DNA of 64,000 bases from Patescibacteria group bacterium (lineage in GTDB: Bacteria > Patescibacteriota > Minisyncoccia > UBA6257 > GWB1-50-10). The notes under the pieces were generated by a model that worked only from the letters and a program-made list of their open reading frames with translations, made no database searches and had not been told where the DNA came from. Positions 17,695 through 26,659 of the stretch are shown here, one piece after another; positions within the stretch are counted from its first letter, which is position 1, and each line of letters begins with the position of its first letter. Location of the stretch: contig JANBVK010000001.1 in NCBI GenBank assembly GCA_024239035.1, positions 171,010 through 235,009 of the forward strand, written 5' to 3'. Position numbers and translations under genes: made by a program.

Positions 17695-19436
17695 ACCACT
17701 TCCGCCTGATAGCACTCCTCACAATAGGGCTTGTAGCCATCAGTAGATTTATAACTGGAGTAAATTTCCTTGTTACAATTGTGACACTTTTCGGGGAAAA
17801 TCCGATAGTTGTTCAAAATGGCAAATCGATCAACTATCCTTTGGTAGGGATATCTGGTTGGGATAGGCAGTTTTTTTCTTCTGTAAAACTTGAGTTCGGA
17901 AGAAATAATCCGAAAGGGATAGCCGGTCTTCTCGCAAATAAGAGCTTTATTTACAATATCATCAGTGACATCTTTAATATCTTTTGGAATATCACGAACA
18001 GAAACCGTCTCCATTCCCTTGACATCAATATTGACTTCTTCTTGCCACAGAGCACCAAACTTCTCAATTTGCTCTTTATTTAACGGAAAGATGATCTGGG
18101 CCATCGAATCATTGTAGGCGAAGGTACTAAATTTCAAGGGGAAAAATTCTCCATACTCTCCCCTTTCTAAAAGCTTTGTTTTAATGTCATCAACTATTGC
18201 CCAATATTCATCCTCCTCATACTGTTTATTAAAAATACAATACTGTTTATTCTCTACACCGACACAAGCGAAACAATTAATGCAATGGAGACAATTTATC
18301 AAGTACTCCGATTCGATAATAAACTTTGAAGCGAAAGAAAACTTGACCCTTGAACCCTCGGAACCTACTCCTACTGTCTCATATAGTAATTCCGAACCAC
18401 CCGAAATGCTGTAGTCCATTGAATCTTTATTCCTAACGGTTATTTCAGCAAATCTGAGGTTCTCTGACTTCTCAGCGTGAAAAACGTTGTCACAATTCTT
18501 GCAGCTGGCAATTTGATTCCCAAACGAATTATGTGACTTATCAATTCTAGTAGCTCTGACGGGAGACTCCTTAACCAGATTCCAAAACTTAGCTTTATAG
18601 CCCTCGAGTAATTCCCTATCACCAAGGTAAATTTTCTTTCTCTCTTTTCTATATTCTTCTTCGGATAATTGTTTATTAAAAATACAATATTTCTTATTCC
18701 GAAGGTTAACACAGCCAAAGCAGTCACTGCAGTTACGGCAATCATAAATGAAGGCGCAATCTAAGCAATCATTTGAAAAGTAAGCATAATCACATCGGTA
18801 GCATTTCTTGGTAAGAACGCTTTCATAACACTGTTCACATTTCCAAATACTATAACAATCAATGCTGTCCCTGGAGTTAAAAACTGACATGCTATAAGAT
18901 ATATTCTCGGAACGCCAGCCTCCTGAGACATAGTAGCCATTTTTCAAATCTCTCCCTCCTAGGGTGTAGTCGCTGTTTATACAATAAGGATCACGAATAA
19001 TAGTGGGTTGAGGAACAACGCTTCTCAATTTTTCATAATAAGTATCAAAAAATGGCTCGCTAACCTCATATTCCTGGCCATATTTCAGGGGATCCCAGCC
19101 GGCTGACCGATAAAATTTAAAATCATATACGGTAAAATCTTTCACGGGCGAAACAAAAGAGACAACTTGCTCATCATGCCGGGGAGCATCACAGGACCGT
19201 TTATATAATTTAATAGTGTGTCCGAAGGTCAAACGTCTCTGCCGACGGCAGTTAGGACAGAGGGTGGGCGGGGGCACGCGGAGTAAATTATAAAACTCAA
19301 TATCCCTTTCTATTATTTCAAACTCTTTCAAACAATAAGGTGATTTCCCCGACCAAGCACATTTCCTGGTATGCGGCTTGATATCCTTCAATATCTCATC
19401 AAGCGCCCTGTCAAATTGTGGCGTTTTAGATATCAT
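17691..19436 (-). CDS. Cys-rich zinc-ribbon array paralog with a divergent, extended N-terminus (581 aa)
   Basis: PPPTLCPNCR, CFGCVNLRNKKY, GEFFP and YCEECY motifs. Confidence 0.88.
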   Translation of the reverse strand: MISKTPQFDRALDEILKDIKPHTRKCAWSGKSPYCLKEFEIIERDIEFYNLLRVPPPTLCPNCRRQRRLTFGHTIKLYKRSCDAPRHDEQVVSFVSPVKDFTVYDFKFYRSAGWDPLKYGQEYEVSEPFFDTYYEKLRSVVPQPTIIRDPYCINSDYTLGGRDLKNGYYVSGGWRSENISYSMSVFNSRDSIDCYSIWKCEQCYESVLTKKCYRCDYAYFSNDCLDCAFIYDCRNCSDCFGCVNLRNKKYCIFNKQLSEEEYRKERKKIYLGDRELLEGYKAKFWNLVKESPVRATRIDKSHNSFGNQIASCKNCDNVFHAEKSENLRFAEITVRNKDSMDYSISGGSELLYETVGVGSEGSRVKFSFASKFIIESEYLINCLHCINCFACVGVENKQYCIFNKQYEEDEYWAIVDDIKTKLLERGEYGEFFPLKFSTFAYNDSMAQIIFPLNKEQIEKFGALWQEEVNIDVKGMETVSVRDIPKDIKDVTDDIVNKALICEKTGYPFRIISSELKFYRRKKLPIPTRYPYQRIVDRFAILNNYRIFPEKCHNCNKEIYSSYKSTDGYKPYCEECYQAEVV

Positions 19437-21124
19437 ACAACCTCACTTTGATAACATGGTTCGCAATATACAATTTCGGGTCTGTCAGGAGCATAGGTAG
19501 TCCTTATCTTCTTCTTGCACTTCGCGCACTCGCGGTCATAAAGCTTCATTGGATTGAGTTTCTTCACGCGCGCATAATCCCGACACAGCGGGCATTTTTG
19601 CGGAATAGGAATCTGAAATCTGCGATAGAGGTTCAATTCACCCTTTATTAACTTATAGTTCTTGCCGCATTTTTCACACTTGAGAATCCCTTTCAAAATG
19701 TCATCCGTCACGTCTCTAATATGGTCCGGTACACTCACGGTTGCATCCTGATACTCCCGTAAATCGGGGTCTCGCCACCGAAATCCCTTCTTTAAGGCCT
19801 CTTCCTTACCGAGCGGATACCATTCGTATGCGGTAGATTCATTGTATGCCCACGGGAGAAACTCCGCAGGAAACAACTCGCCATACCTATACTCTCTGCC
19901 AAGCTTATCCCGATATGGGACCTCTATCATTTGCTTTTTTATTTTCTGGACTTTATCCTGATATTCATCTTTTGAATACTGCTTATTTAAAATACAGTAT
20001 TCAGAACTTCGTATTCCAACACACCCAAAAATATTTCCGGAGCCATGGCATCCGAAACAATACTCTACATCGTGACAACGATAAACCCACTCTCCAAATT
20101 TCACATTATTAACGTTGATACCCGTCCAGGAACTCTCATAAATCCATTCCGCTTTATCCGCAAACATCGTGTAGTCATATGATTGCGCTACGGGACCATC
20201 CTTTAGCAGCTGACAATATCTGCAATTCTCACCGTTTCTGACCATAAATGAATCTTGTACGTTTTTGCAGCTAAAAATGTAATCCCCGGAAGAATTTGTG
20301 TTTTTCCTCCCATGAAATTCTTTACGAGGAAATTTTCTTATAAAATCGTTAACCTTTTTCTTGAATTCCCCAACGCTTTTCGCCGAACCGAAGTTAAATT
20401 CACCAACCAGTCGCTCGTACTCCTCTTTTGAGTAAGGTTTATTAAAAATGTGATAACTTTTATTCCTTAAATTGATACAGCCGACACAAGAAGAACACCC
20501 CATAAGATCTTGAGAAAACCATATATCGTGGCAATCCTCGCAATCCTGTGAATAAAACGTCCGGTAACATTTATTAATCGTCACCGATCCGTAGCAGAGC
20601 TCACAGTTATTAGAAAACGAAACGTCAAAACAATCCTTCATATATTGGATTGTATTCAAATATGCGCAATCCTCGCTGTGATCTGCTTTGAAACATAAAT
20701 AACAATTCTTTAACGTAGCGGCGGCATTACAGTACTCGCTGTTTATCATCGTTGTATATTCGGTGTAGAGCGCCGGGAAGGGAACCTCCTGCAACAATTC
20801 GTGGAACTGTTCAAAAAATGATCGGGAGAAATCATAATCCCGCCCATAACTTTTAGAATCCCACTTATCAGACCACCATATATCTTGGCGGTATACCTTA
20901 TGCGCCAAGTCCGGAGAATGAACGGATATCACCATATCCCCTGTGAAATCACACTTACGCTTATAGAGAACGCGGTATCCTTGTGCTGCTACTCTCCGTA
21001 TGAACCGGCACTCCGGACACCATGTCGGCGGCGGCACATGTATTGTCTCATAAAACCCAAAATCATCCGATTCAATCGTGAACTTTTGCTTACAGCTTTG
21101 ACACTGTCGAGTTTCTTGCTTCAT
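19433..21124 (-). CDS. Cys-rich zinc-ribbon array paralog, first gene of the array (563 aa)
   Basis: Family motifs throughout. Confidence 0.9.
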   Translation of the reverse strand: MKQETRQCQSCKQKFTIESDDFGFYETIHVPPPTWCPECRFIRRVAAQGYRVLYKRKCDFTGDMVISVHSPDLAHKVYRQDIWWSDKWDSKSYGRDYDFSRSFFEQFHELLQEVPFPALYTEYTTMINSEYCNAAATLKNCYLCFKADHSEDCAYLNTIQYMKDCFDVSFSNNCELCYGSVTINKCYRTFYSQDCEDCHDIWFSQDLMGCSSCVGCINLRNKSYHIFNKPYSKEEYERLVGEFNFGSAKSVGEFKKKVNDFIRKFPRKEFHGRKNTNSSGDYIFSCKNVQDSFMVRNGENCRYCQLLKDGPVAQSYDYTMFADKAEWIYESSWTGINVNNVKFGEWVYRCHDVEYCFGCHGSGNIFGCVGIRSSEYCILNKQYSKDEYQDKVQKIKKQMIEVPYRDKLGREYRYGELFPAEFLPWAYNESTAYEWYPLGKEEALKKGFRWRDPDLREYQDATVSVPDHIRDVTDDILKGILKCEKCGKNYKLIKGELNLYRRFQIPIPQKCPLCRDYARVKKLNPMKLYDRECAKCKKKIRTTYAPDRPEIVYCEPCYQSEVV

Positions 21125-21143
21125 ATGACCCTACTTTGAATCA

Positions 21144-21177
21144 TAAAGAATACTAGATTTAAATCTAGTATTCTTTA
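21144..21177. promoter_or_regulatory. Perfect 34-bp palindrome about 20 bp upstream of the array (candidate operator or attenuator)
   Basis: taaagaatactagattt|aaatctagtattcttta; 17/17 pairs, no loop. The function is inferred from position only. Confidence 0.5.
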
Positions 21178-21208
21178 AATTTCAGGAAGGTAAGAACCCT
21201 AAACCCTA

Positions 21209-22702
21209 CTAAATAAGCGGCTCCTCTAACTGAGATGCCTGCTCTTCGGCTGGGGCGCCGGCAGGCCCTCGACTGAGCTCGGTCGAAGTCCCGCCAGCAG
21301 ACGGACTACCGGTAATTGCTGCTTTTTCCTGGGCGCTCCGAATAATTGTCGCTTCCTCTTCCTCAATAAGCTTCTTGGCAGCATCGGCGGAGATAGTATA
21401 TTTCCGCCGTGACGCGGCAATGACCTCTTCCTTAAACGACCTGTGGGGCGGGGGTAATACTTTTAGCGTCTCAGCTGAGAAAGGATCATACGATTCACCA
21501 TCAATCATGAGTTTAATATAGAATTCCTGCATACCGAGGTTAATCATGTCTTTTGTCTTAAAAATCGGTGCCATCTCTGGTTCCAATGTCTTCGCATCCT
21601 CGCCGCCAACCCGGAATATAATAATACTCCCCACATTACCTAAAACCGCTGCCCGCACTCTCTCAATAAGCTGGCCGATGTATTGATGAGCAATCGTAAT
21701 ATTAAGTGCATATTTTCTAGCCTCGGACAATAAATTCTCAAACGTCTCGGTAACCAAATTATGGAACTCATCAACGTACAAGTAAAAGTCGTGGCGTTCC
21801 TTTTCAGGTAGCTTTGCCCTAGCCATTCCAGCCTGTTTAATTTTTGTAATAAACATCGAACCAAAAAAACTCGAGTTCTCCTCCCCCAGCTTTCCCTTAG
21901 AGAGGTTTATTAGAATAATTTTTTTCTCTCCCATAAGTTTTTCAAGATCTACTTTATTCTCTTTCTGACCAAAAATATTCCGCAGCATTGGGTCAGAAAG
22001 AAATTGACCAAGTTTATTCACAAGCGGAATGATAGCATCGGTATCAAACTTCTCTGACCAATCAGCAAACTCGATTGCCCAAAAGCGTTTTACCATATCG
22101 TCCTCAATATATTCCACTACTTTTTGCCGATAGTTCCTGTCGGTAAGCATGGATATCATTCCTCGCATCGTCGCATGAGGATAGTCAAGAAGAGCGAGAG
22201 AAGTAAACCGGAAGACGTGCTCAAGTCGAGGTGTCCAGTTTGCGCCAAATTGCTTCTCCATAACCTCAATCAATCCTTGAGTCAACTGGTGCTTAAATAA
22301 AGGATCTATGTTCGACAATGGATTAAATGAAACTGGATAGTCGTTATCTGAGGGGTCAATAATAACTACGTCTTCAATCCTATCCTCCGGAACAAAATCT
22401 AAAGTTTCCTCAATAACGTCTCCGTGAGGATCTATAAGACAAAGACCGTGCCCGTAAGCAATGTCCTGACGAATAAGAAGTTCCAAAAGCTTAGACTTTC
22501 CAACGCCGCTTTTCCCTATGATGTATAGATGGCGCCGTCGATCCACCCGTTTGATGCCGAAAATAAATTTTTTCTCCTCAAGAGCAGCCACATAGTTAGT
22601 GCGGCCGATAAATGAAGTTTCTTTAGGATCAATGCGCCCATACGTCGGTAGTTCCGGCGGCGGCGGCGCATATCTAATTATTTGGATTTTACTTCTAGCC
22701 AT
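21209..22702 (-). CDS. VirB4/TraG/HerA-like P-loop ATPase (CPR type IV secretion-like ATPase)
   Basis: Walker A GKSGVGKS, IDPHGD, Walker B LYVDEFH, LSEARKY and AHQY motifs. Confidence 0.85.
   Translation of the reverse strand: MARSKIQIIRYAPPPPELPTYGRIDPKETSFIGRTNYVAALEEKKFIFGIKRVDRRRHLYIIGKSGVGKSKLLELLIRQDIAYGHGLCLIDPHGDVIEETLDFVPEDRIEDVVIIDPSDNDYPVSFNPLSNIDPLFKHQLTQGLIEVMEKQFGANWTPRLEHVFRFTSLALLDYPHATMRGMISMLTDRNYRQKVVEYIEDDMVKRFWAIEFADWSEKFDTDAIIPLVNKLGQFLSDPMLRNIFGQKENKVDLEKLMGEKKIILINLSKGKLGEENSSFFGSMFITKIKQAGMARAKLPEKERHDFYLYVDEFHNLVTETFENLLSEARKYALNITIAHQYIGQLIERVRAAVLGNVGSIIIFRVGGEDAKTLEPEMAPIFKTKDMINLGMQEFYIKLMIDGESYDPFSAETLKVLPPPHRSFKEEVIAASRRKYTISADAAKKLIEEEEATIIRSAQEKAAITGSPSAGGTSTELSRGPAGAPAEEQASQLEEPLI
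21266..21307. repeat. Composite in-frame palindromic element (family A plus family B) in the ATPase tail
   Basis: Minus strand GACT-TC-GA-ccgagc-TC-AGTC next to tccgtc-tgct-ggcggg; encodes PSAGGTSTELSRG. Confidence 0.7.
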
Positions 22703-22724
22703 GCGATGTTTTAATTTTTAATTT

Positions 22725-23243
22725 TTACAGCACTCCCACCTCCTTAAGAAAGGACTCGTAACTCCTCAAAACCATCTTGGCGTCTGTCGGTGATAAAACA
22801 AAGCCGGGTGTGTGAACTAAATTATTGCGAATCTTGTGAGCCTTCCATAAACTCTCTACTGTTTTCAGGTCTCGAGTCCCTAAACGCTCCAATCGATCGG
22901 CCATGTGTTCACCTTTCAAATCCATACGTTTTAATATGTCGTCAATAAAACTATCTGCCTCAATAATACCGAGCGTTAATGACTGCGGCGGAGACCTGTG
23001 GGCTTTCTCCACAACCTGCTGCCAGCGTCCCTTCAGTACCGCATCTTTTAAAAGTAGGCCTCCTTTAGCCGGCTTAGGATTAAAAACAAATTTCGGACGA
23101 AACGGTAATGATTTAATAAAAACGAACACAAATAAGATTATTAGAACAATATCGAGAACTATAAAAACAACCCTTAAAGTAAAAAATATGTCTCTCCAAG
23201 GGATACCCGAAAACCATTGAAAAGCAGATTGGATAAAATTCAT
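22725..23243 (-). CDS. Hypothetical membrane-anchored protein
   Basis: 172 aa; one hydrophobic helix, then a helical domain (IIEAD...AHKIRNNLVH); operonic spacing. Confidence 0.75.
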   Translation of the reverse strand: MNFIQSAFQWFSGIPWRDIFFTLRVVFIVLDIVLIILFVFVFIKSLPFRPKFVFNPKPAKGGLLLKDAVLKGRWQQVVEKAHRSPPQSLTLGIIEADSFIDDILKRMDLKGEHMADRLERLGTRDLKTVESLWKAHKIRNNLVHTPGFVLSPTDAKMVLRSYESFLKEVGVL

Positions 23244-23245
23244 AT

Positions 23246-24652
23246 TTATCTAAATTTCTCTATTTCCCCTTCTTCGCCGAAAATCGCAAGTCCGGATGGT
23301 GGTCCCTTCCGGCGACTCTCCAAGTGTTTAATGTGCGGCTCTGTTAAAACTATTGAGGTCGGCGGGTGGAAAAGAGTAGCCAATCCTTCAATGTTCATAA
23401 CAAAACGGCGAGAAGCAAAGTTCCAGTTCATTAAATAAGCAAGCACAAGCCGTCCCAGCCGCGTCTCCGGCGGCATCTCTCGCCTAATGAAATTGTAGAG
23501 TACACGCTGCTTCCTGTACTCATTACGCCACTTTGGAAAAAGATGCGGCCAGTTCCAAATTAAAGCTCTGGTACTTATGGGCCAATTCTGACGAAAGAAA
23601 TTAAGATTCAGGGCGCTGTATTGATTAAAAGCGCCGGCCAAGCCGCGACGAGCAAAACTATCATAGAATATGGACTTGGGCGATAAATATATAAAGCGTA
23701 TCAACGTCTCAAAGGCGGATTTAGAAAGGTTGTTCTCAACGGCTTCCAGAATTTCAGTTTCACCCGGCGATCTCGCAATAAACTTAGCGAAACTCTCAAC
23801 TTGACCCTCAGCACCAGTTTTAGTCCCTTTTTGGGTTTTCGGTTCTTTTAATCTATTAAGCATACCATCCCATTTATTTACCCATTCGTTACCAGTAGGA
23901 GCAATCAATATCTGAATACCCACAACTTCCTCTTCTTTTAATTTACTCAACACCTCCAAAAAAGTTGATATGGGATCAATCAGTTTTTCTTCTTCTTTTT
24001 CTTGTCTTTCAAAAGCGGGGTAGGTCTTAATCGGATACAGATCTTCTCTTGCAAGAACCATCTCTGAACCCCACAAATCCATGCCTCGGCCATACATCTC
24101 TGGAACGCTTGCCGGAAACTTATCAACATAATCATCCACTTCCACTATCTCAATGTCCGGGTAATAAGAAAAGAACGCTGACTCAACTAAGTTTCTTTGT
24201 TTATGGTAAATCCTAACGTAAAAATGAACTTCTCCGCCGAAACTCACTATCTCAAGACTAAACCACCTTGTAACCTCGCCATCAAAATATTTTTCCCCGA
24301 AATTACTTGGAAGATTCCGCAGGGAATGCAGAGCAGCTAAAACTTGCTCCATTGATTGCGAGCTCTTCTGAAGTTCTCTGGGAATTATGAGTTCTAAGAG
24401 AACAGTCTTAAAATGAATTTTTTTATAAAGCTCTTGCCGCCAAAAAAGCCAAATAGACCTAAATGCAGGAAAAATAATTAGGAACAGTAAAAACGGCAAC
24501 AACAAAACCAAGACCCGAATTAAAATACCCCCCGGCAGAGCAACTACTAACGCTCCTCCGAGAAGTATAACAAATAAAAGAAACCAAATCTCTTCCTGTT
24601 TAAATAACTCCTCAATGATATCAACAAAATGGCCTAAGAGATGACGAAACAT
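23246..24652 (-). CDS. Membrane protein homologous to the N-terminal half of the ATPase at 54676-57030
   Basis: Two TM helices. EVHFYV, PIKTY, GIQILIAP and MNIEGLATLFHPP align with EIHFFI, PIRTY, ALQFIVRP and LNSEELASIFHFP. Confidence 0.78.
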   Translation of the reverse strand: MFRHLLGHFVDIIEELFKQEEIWFLLFVILLGGALVVALPGGILIRVLVLLLPFLLFLIIFPAFRSIWLFWRQELYKKIHFKTVLLELIIPRELQKSSQSMEQVLAALHSLRNLPSNFGEKYFDGEVTRWFSLEIVSFGGEVHFYVRIYHKQRNLVESAFFSYYPDIEIVEVDDYVDKFPASVPEMYGRGMDLWGSEMVLAREDLYPIKTYPAFERQEKEEEKLIDPISTFLEVLSKLKEEEVVGIQILIAPTGNEWVNKWDGMLNRLKEPKTQKGTKTGAEGQVESFAKFIARSPGETEILEAVENNLSKSAFETLIRFIYLSPKSIFYDSFARRGLAGAFNQYSALNLNFFRQNWPISTRALIWNWPHLFPKWRNEYRKQRVLYNFIRREMPPETRLGRLVLAYLMNWNFASRRFVMNIEGLATLFHPPTSIVLTEPHIKHLESRRKGPPSGLAIFGEEGEIEKFR

Positions 24653-24663
24653 ACCGTTCTAGT

Positions 24664-25686
24664 TTATGTTTCTCTAACGTGATAACGTCCATTATCCAAA
24701 CGCCTGAAGTGGCTCCGATTTTGAAGGCTGAGCAAGATAGTATTCTCTCTCAAAATTCTCTGCTCGTTGACTAAGTTAACAACCGCGCTTGAGGTTAATG
24801 GTCCTTGTTTCTTTAATAACCTCACTATCACCTCCCGAACCGTCCCCGGCTCAAAACCATGCTCCACTAAAGCGTACATTCCGCGGCCGACCAAAACAAA
24901 TCGATCATCTTTAATAAGTTCGTTATGGACGGTTTGAATGTGAGCTGGTTTCTTATCAATGCCATAGTGATTAATGTGCTTGGCAATACCACTAAAGTGA
25001 AGTGGTTCACTGTGTTTTTTTAAAACGAGATATGCCTTATCCCGAATAGTCTTGGGTTCAATTTCTGGCCAGGTTCTCAAACCAAAGTCACCAAAAACAT
25101 TCATCCCTAGATGCTTAGGAACAGAAAGGAAATGATAGAAAGAACAATTTTTACATTCCGTCAGATAACTCTTCTCACTCAACGCTTTCTGTCTATCACC
25201 GGCTTTTAGAGACTTAGTAATCTTTTTAACGAAATTTAAAAACTTATTCTTCGAGCCTTCGTCGGAATACCAAAAACCAAACATTGAATCGTCTTCTTGA
25301 AAATAAAAAGGTTCTTCGGCAACCAAGAATAAAAACCTTAATTTTTGAGCAGGGTGTTTCACTTTTTTCAAAGTCATCCCTAAAACGTACTGCAAATCAC
25401 CAACGAAATAATCGTCCCGCCGTACACCGCCAACCCTAACCAAATAAGTTCTGGCTTGATCTAGGATTTCCGCGGCCTGTTCTTTAACTCTAGACCTTAG
25501 CCGATCTACGGCTTGTGCCTCAATTTGTCTCACCCTCTCCCTGGTAATGCCCAAATCATCCCCTATTTTCTGGAGGGTTACCCGACTGCCGGACTTTAGG
25601 CCGAAACGGCCATCAATAACTCTGCGTTGTTTGGCGTTGAACTCCCGGAGCAAACTATCAATAAATTGGTCGATATTTCCAATCAT
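24664..25686 (-). CDS. Sigma70 region-4 HTH plus HARE-HTH (RNAP delta-like) domain protein
   Basis: RFGL...TLQKIGDDLGITRERVRQIE (sigma r4) and PLHF...HIQTVHNELIKDDRFVLVGRGMYAL. Confidence 0.8.
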   Translation of the reverse strand: MIGNIDQFIDSLLREFNAKQRRVIDGRFGLKSGSRVTLQKIGDDLGITRERVRQIEAQAVDRLRSRVKEQAAEILDQARTYLVRVGGVRRDDYFVGDLQYVLGMTLKKVKHPAQKLRFLFLVAEEPFYFQEDDSMFGFWYSDEGSKNKFLNFVKKITKSLKAGDRQKALSEKSYLTECKNCSFYHFLSVPKHLGMNVFGDFGLRTWPEIEPKTIRDKAYLVLKKHSEPLHFSGIAKHINHYGIDKKPAHIQTVHNELIKDDRFVLVGRGMYALVEHGFEPGTVREVIVRLLKKQGPLTSSAVVNLVNEQRILRENTILLSLQNRSHFRRLDNGRYHVRET

Positions 25687-25699
25687 AATAAGTGTTAAT

Positions 25700-25728
25700 A
25701 CTTTAGCATATTTAGTTTAAGGGGTCAA
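25700..25728 (-). promoter_or_regulatory. Sigma70-type promoter for 24664-25686
   Basis: TTGACC-N17-TAAAGT with extended TG, 13 nt upstream of the ATG. Confidence 0.55.
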
Positions 25729-25750
25729 GGTGGACGCTATAATAGTGAGG

Positions 25751-26641
25751 TTAATCCTTTTTTCCCTTCCCCCAAATATATAGTATTGGGCTTGCAACAA
25801 AAATTGATGAATAGGTGCCGACAACCGTCCCCACTAAAATAACCAAAATAAAGAAAAAGAGGGAAGGTGGACCGAAGAAAAGCAAAGCCGCCAATATAAA
25901 TATAAGAGTAAGAGACGTATTAATAGAACGGGCAAGCGTATCTCTAACGCTCTGGTTTATTATACTACTCAAGGGAACGTCCTTGCCGCGGTTAATTAAC
26001 AAATTCTCCCGAATCCGGTCAAAAACAACAATGGTATCGTGAACCGAAAATCCCATCACCACAAGAAGAGCAACAATAAAATTGGTGTCAATTTCAATTC
26101 CCTGCCACCAGCCCAAGAACGCCAGCATACCGATCGGGATACTGACATCATGAAATAGAGTTATAAGAGTGACTACGCCATATTTCCAAGACCTAACCGG
26201 CTCCGAAACTTTTCTGAAAGCCCAAGTAACAAAAATAGAAATACCAACAAGGACTAAAATCATCGCCCAGACTGACCTACGCCGAAGATCCGAACCGATG
26301 GTCGGACCGATGCTTGAAAAATTTTTTTCCTCCAGTTCTCCTAAACTCTGTTTCAAAACCACTAAATATGCCTGGTGATCCTCTTCGCTCAAGTCTGGCA
26401 ACCGAATAATGAAACTTCCATCACCAGCTGTTTTAACAGACGCCTCTAAACCAGCTATTTCTCTAAAAACCGATTTAATCTCTTCGACGCTAACAGGGTC
26501 TGCGAAAGACACCTGCCATGAGGTACCCCCTTTTAAATCGATGCCTGGTTTTACTCCTAAAAATATAACTAAAAGCCAACTCACAAGCACAAATGCTCCG
26601 GCAATACCTAAATATATTTTTCTTTTAGCTACAACATTCAT
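25751..26641 (-). CDS. secF: Protein translocase subunit SecF
   Basis: GIDLKGGT, IGPTIG, HDV, GFSVHDTIVVFDRIRE and RSINTSLT motifs. Confidence 0.95.
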   Translation of the reverse strand: MNVVAKRKIYLGIAGAFVLVSWLLVIFLGVKPGIDLKGGTSWQVSFADPVSVEEIKSVFREIAGLEASVKTAGDGSFIIRLPDLSEEDHQAYLVVLKQSLGELEEKNFSSIGPTIGSDLRRRSVWAMILVLVGISIFVTWAFRKVSEPVRSWKYGVVTLITLFHDVSIPIGMLAFLGWWQGIEIDTNFIVALLVVMGFSVHDTIVVFDRIRENLLINRGKDVPLSSIINQSVRDTLARSINTSLTLIFILAALLFFGPPSLFFFILVILVGTVVGTYSSIFVASPILYIWGKGKKD

Positions 26642-26659
26642 ATCTTTAGTAACTAGTGA

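Noticed and set aside
1-21124. Diversity-generating retroelement or shufflon behind the paralog variation
   Set aside because: No reverse transcriptase or recombinase in the window, no template/variable repeat pair with adenine-specific differences, and all copies share one orientation.
363-21124. Multiheme cytochrome or ferredoxin assignment for the Cys-rich proteins
   Set aside because: CxxCH occurs only sporadically and is not conserved, there is no export signal, and the CxxCxxCxxC runs lack the CxxCxxCxxxCP ferredoxin pattern. Fe-S binding is not excluded.
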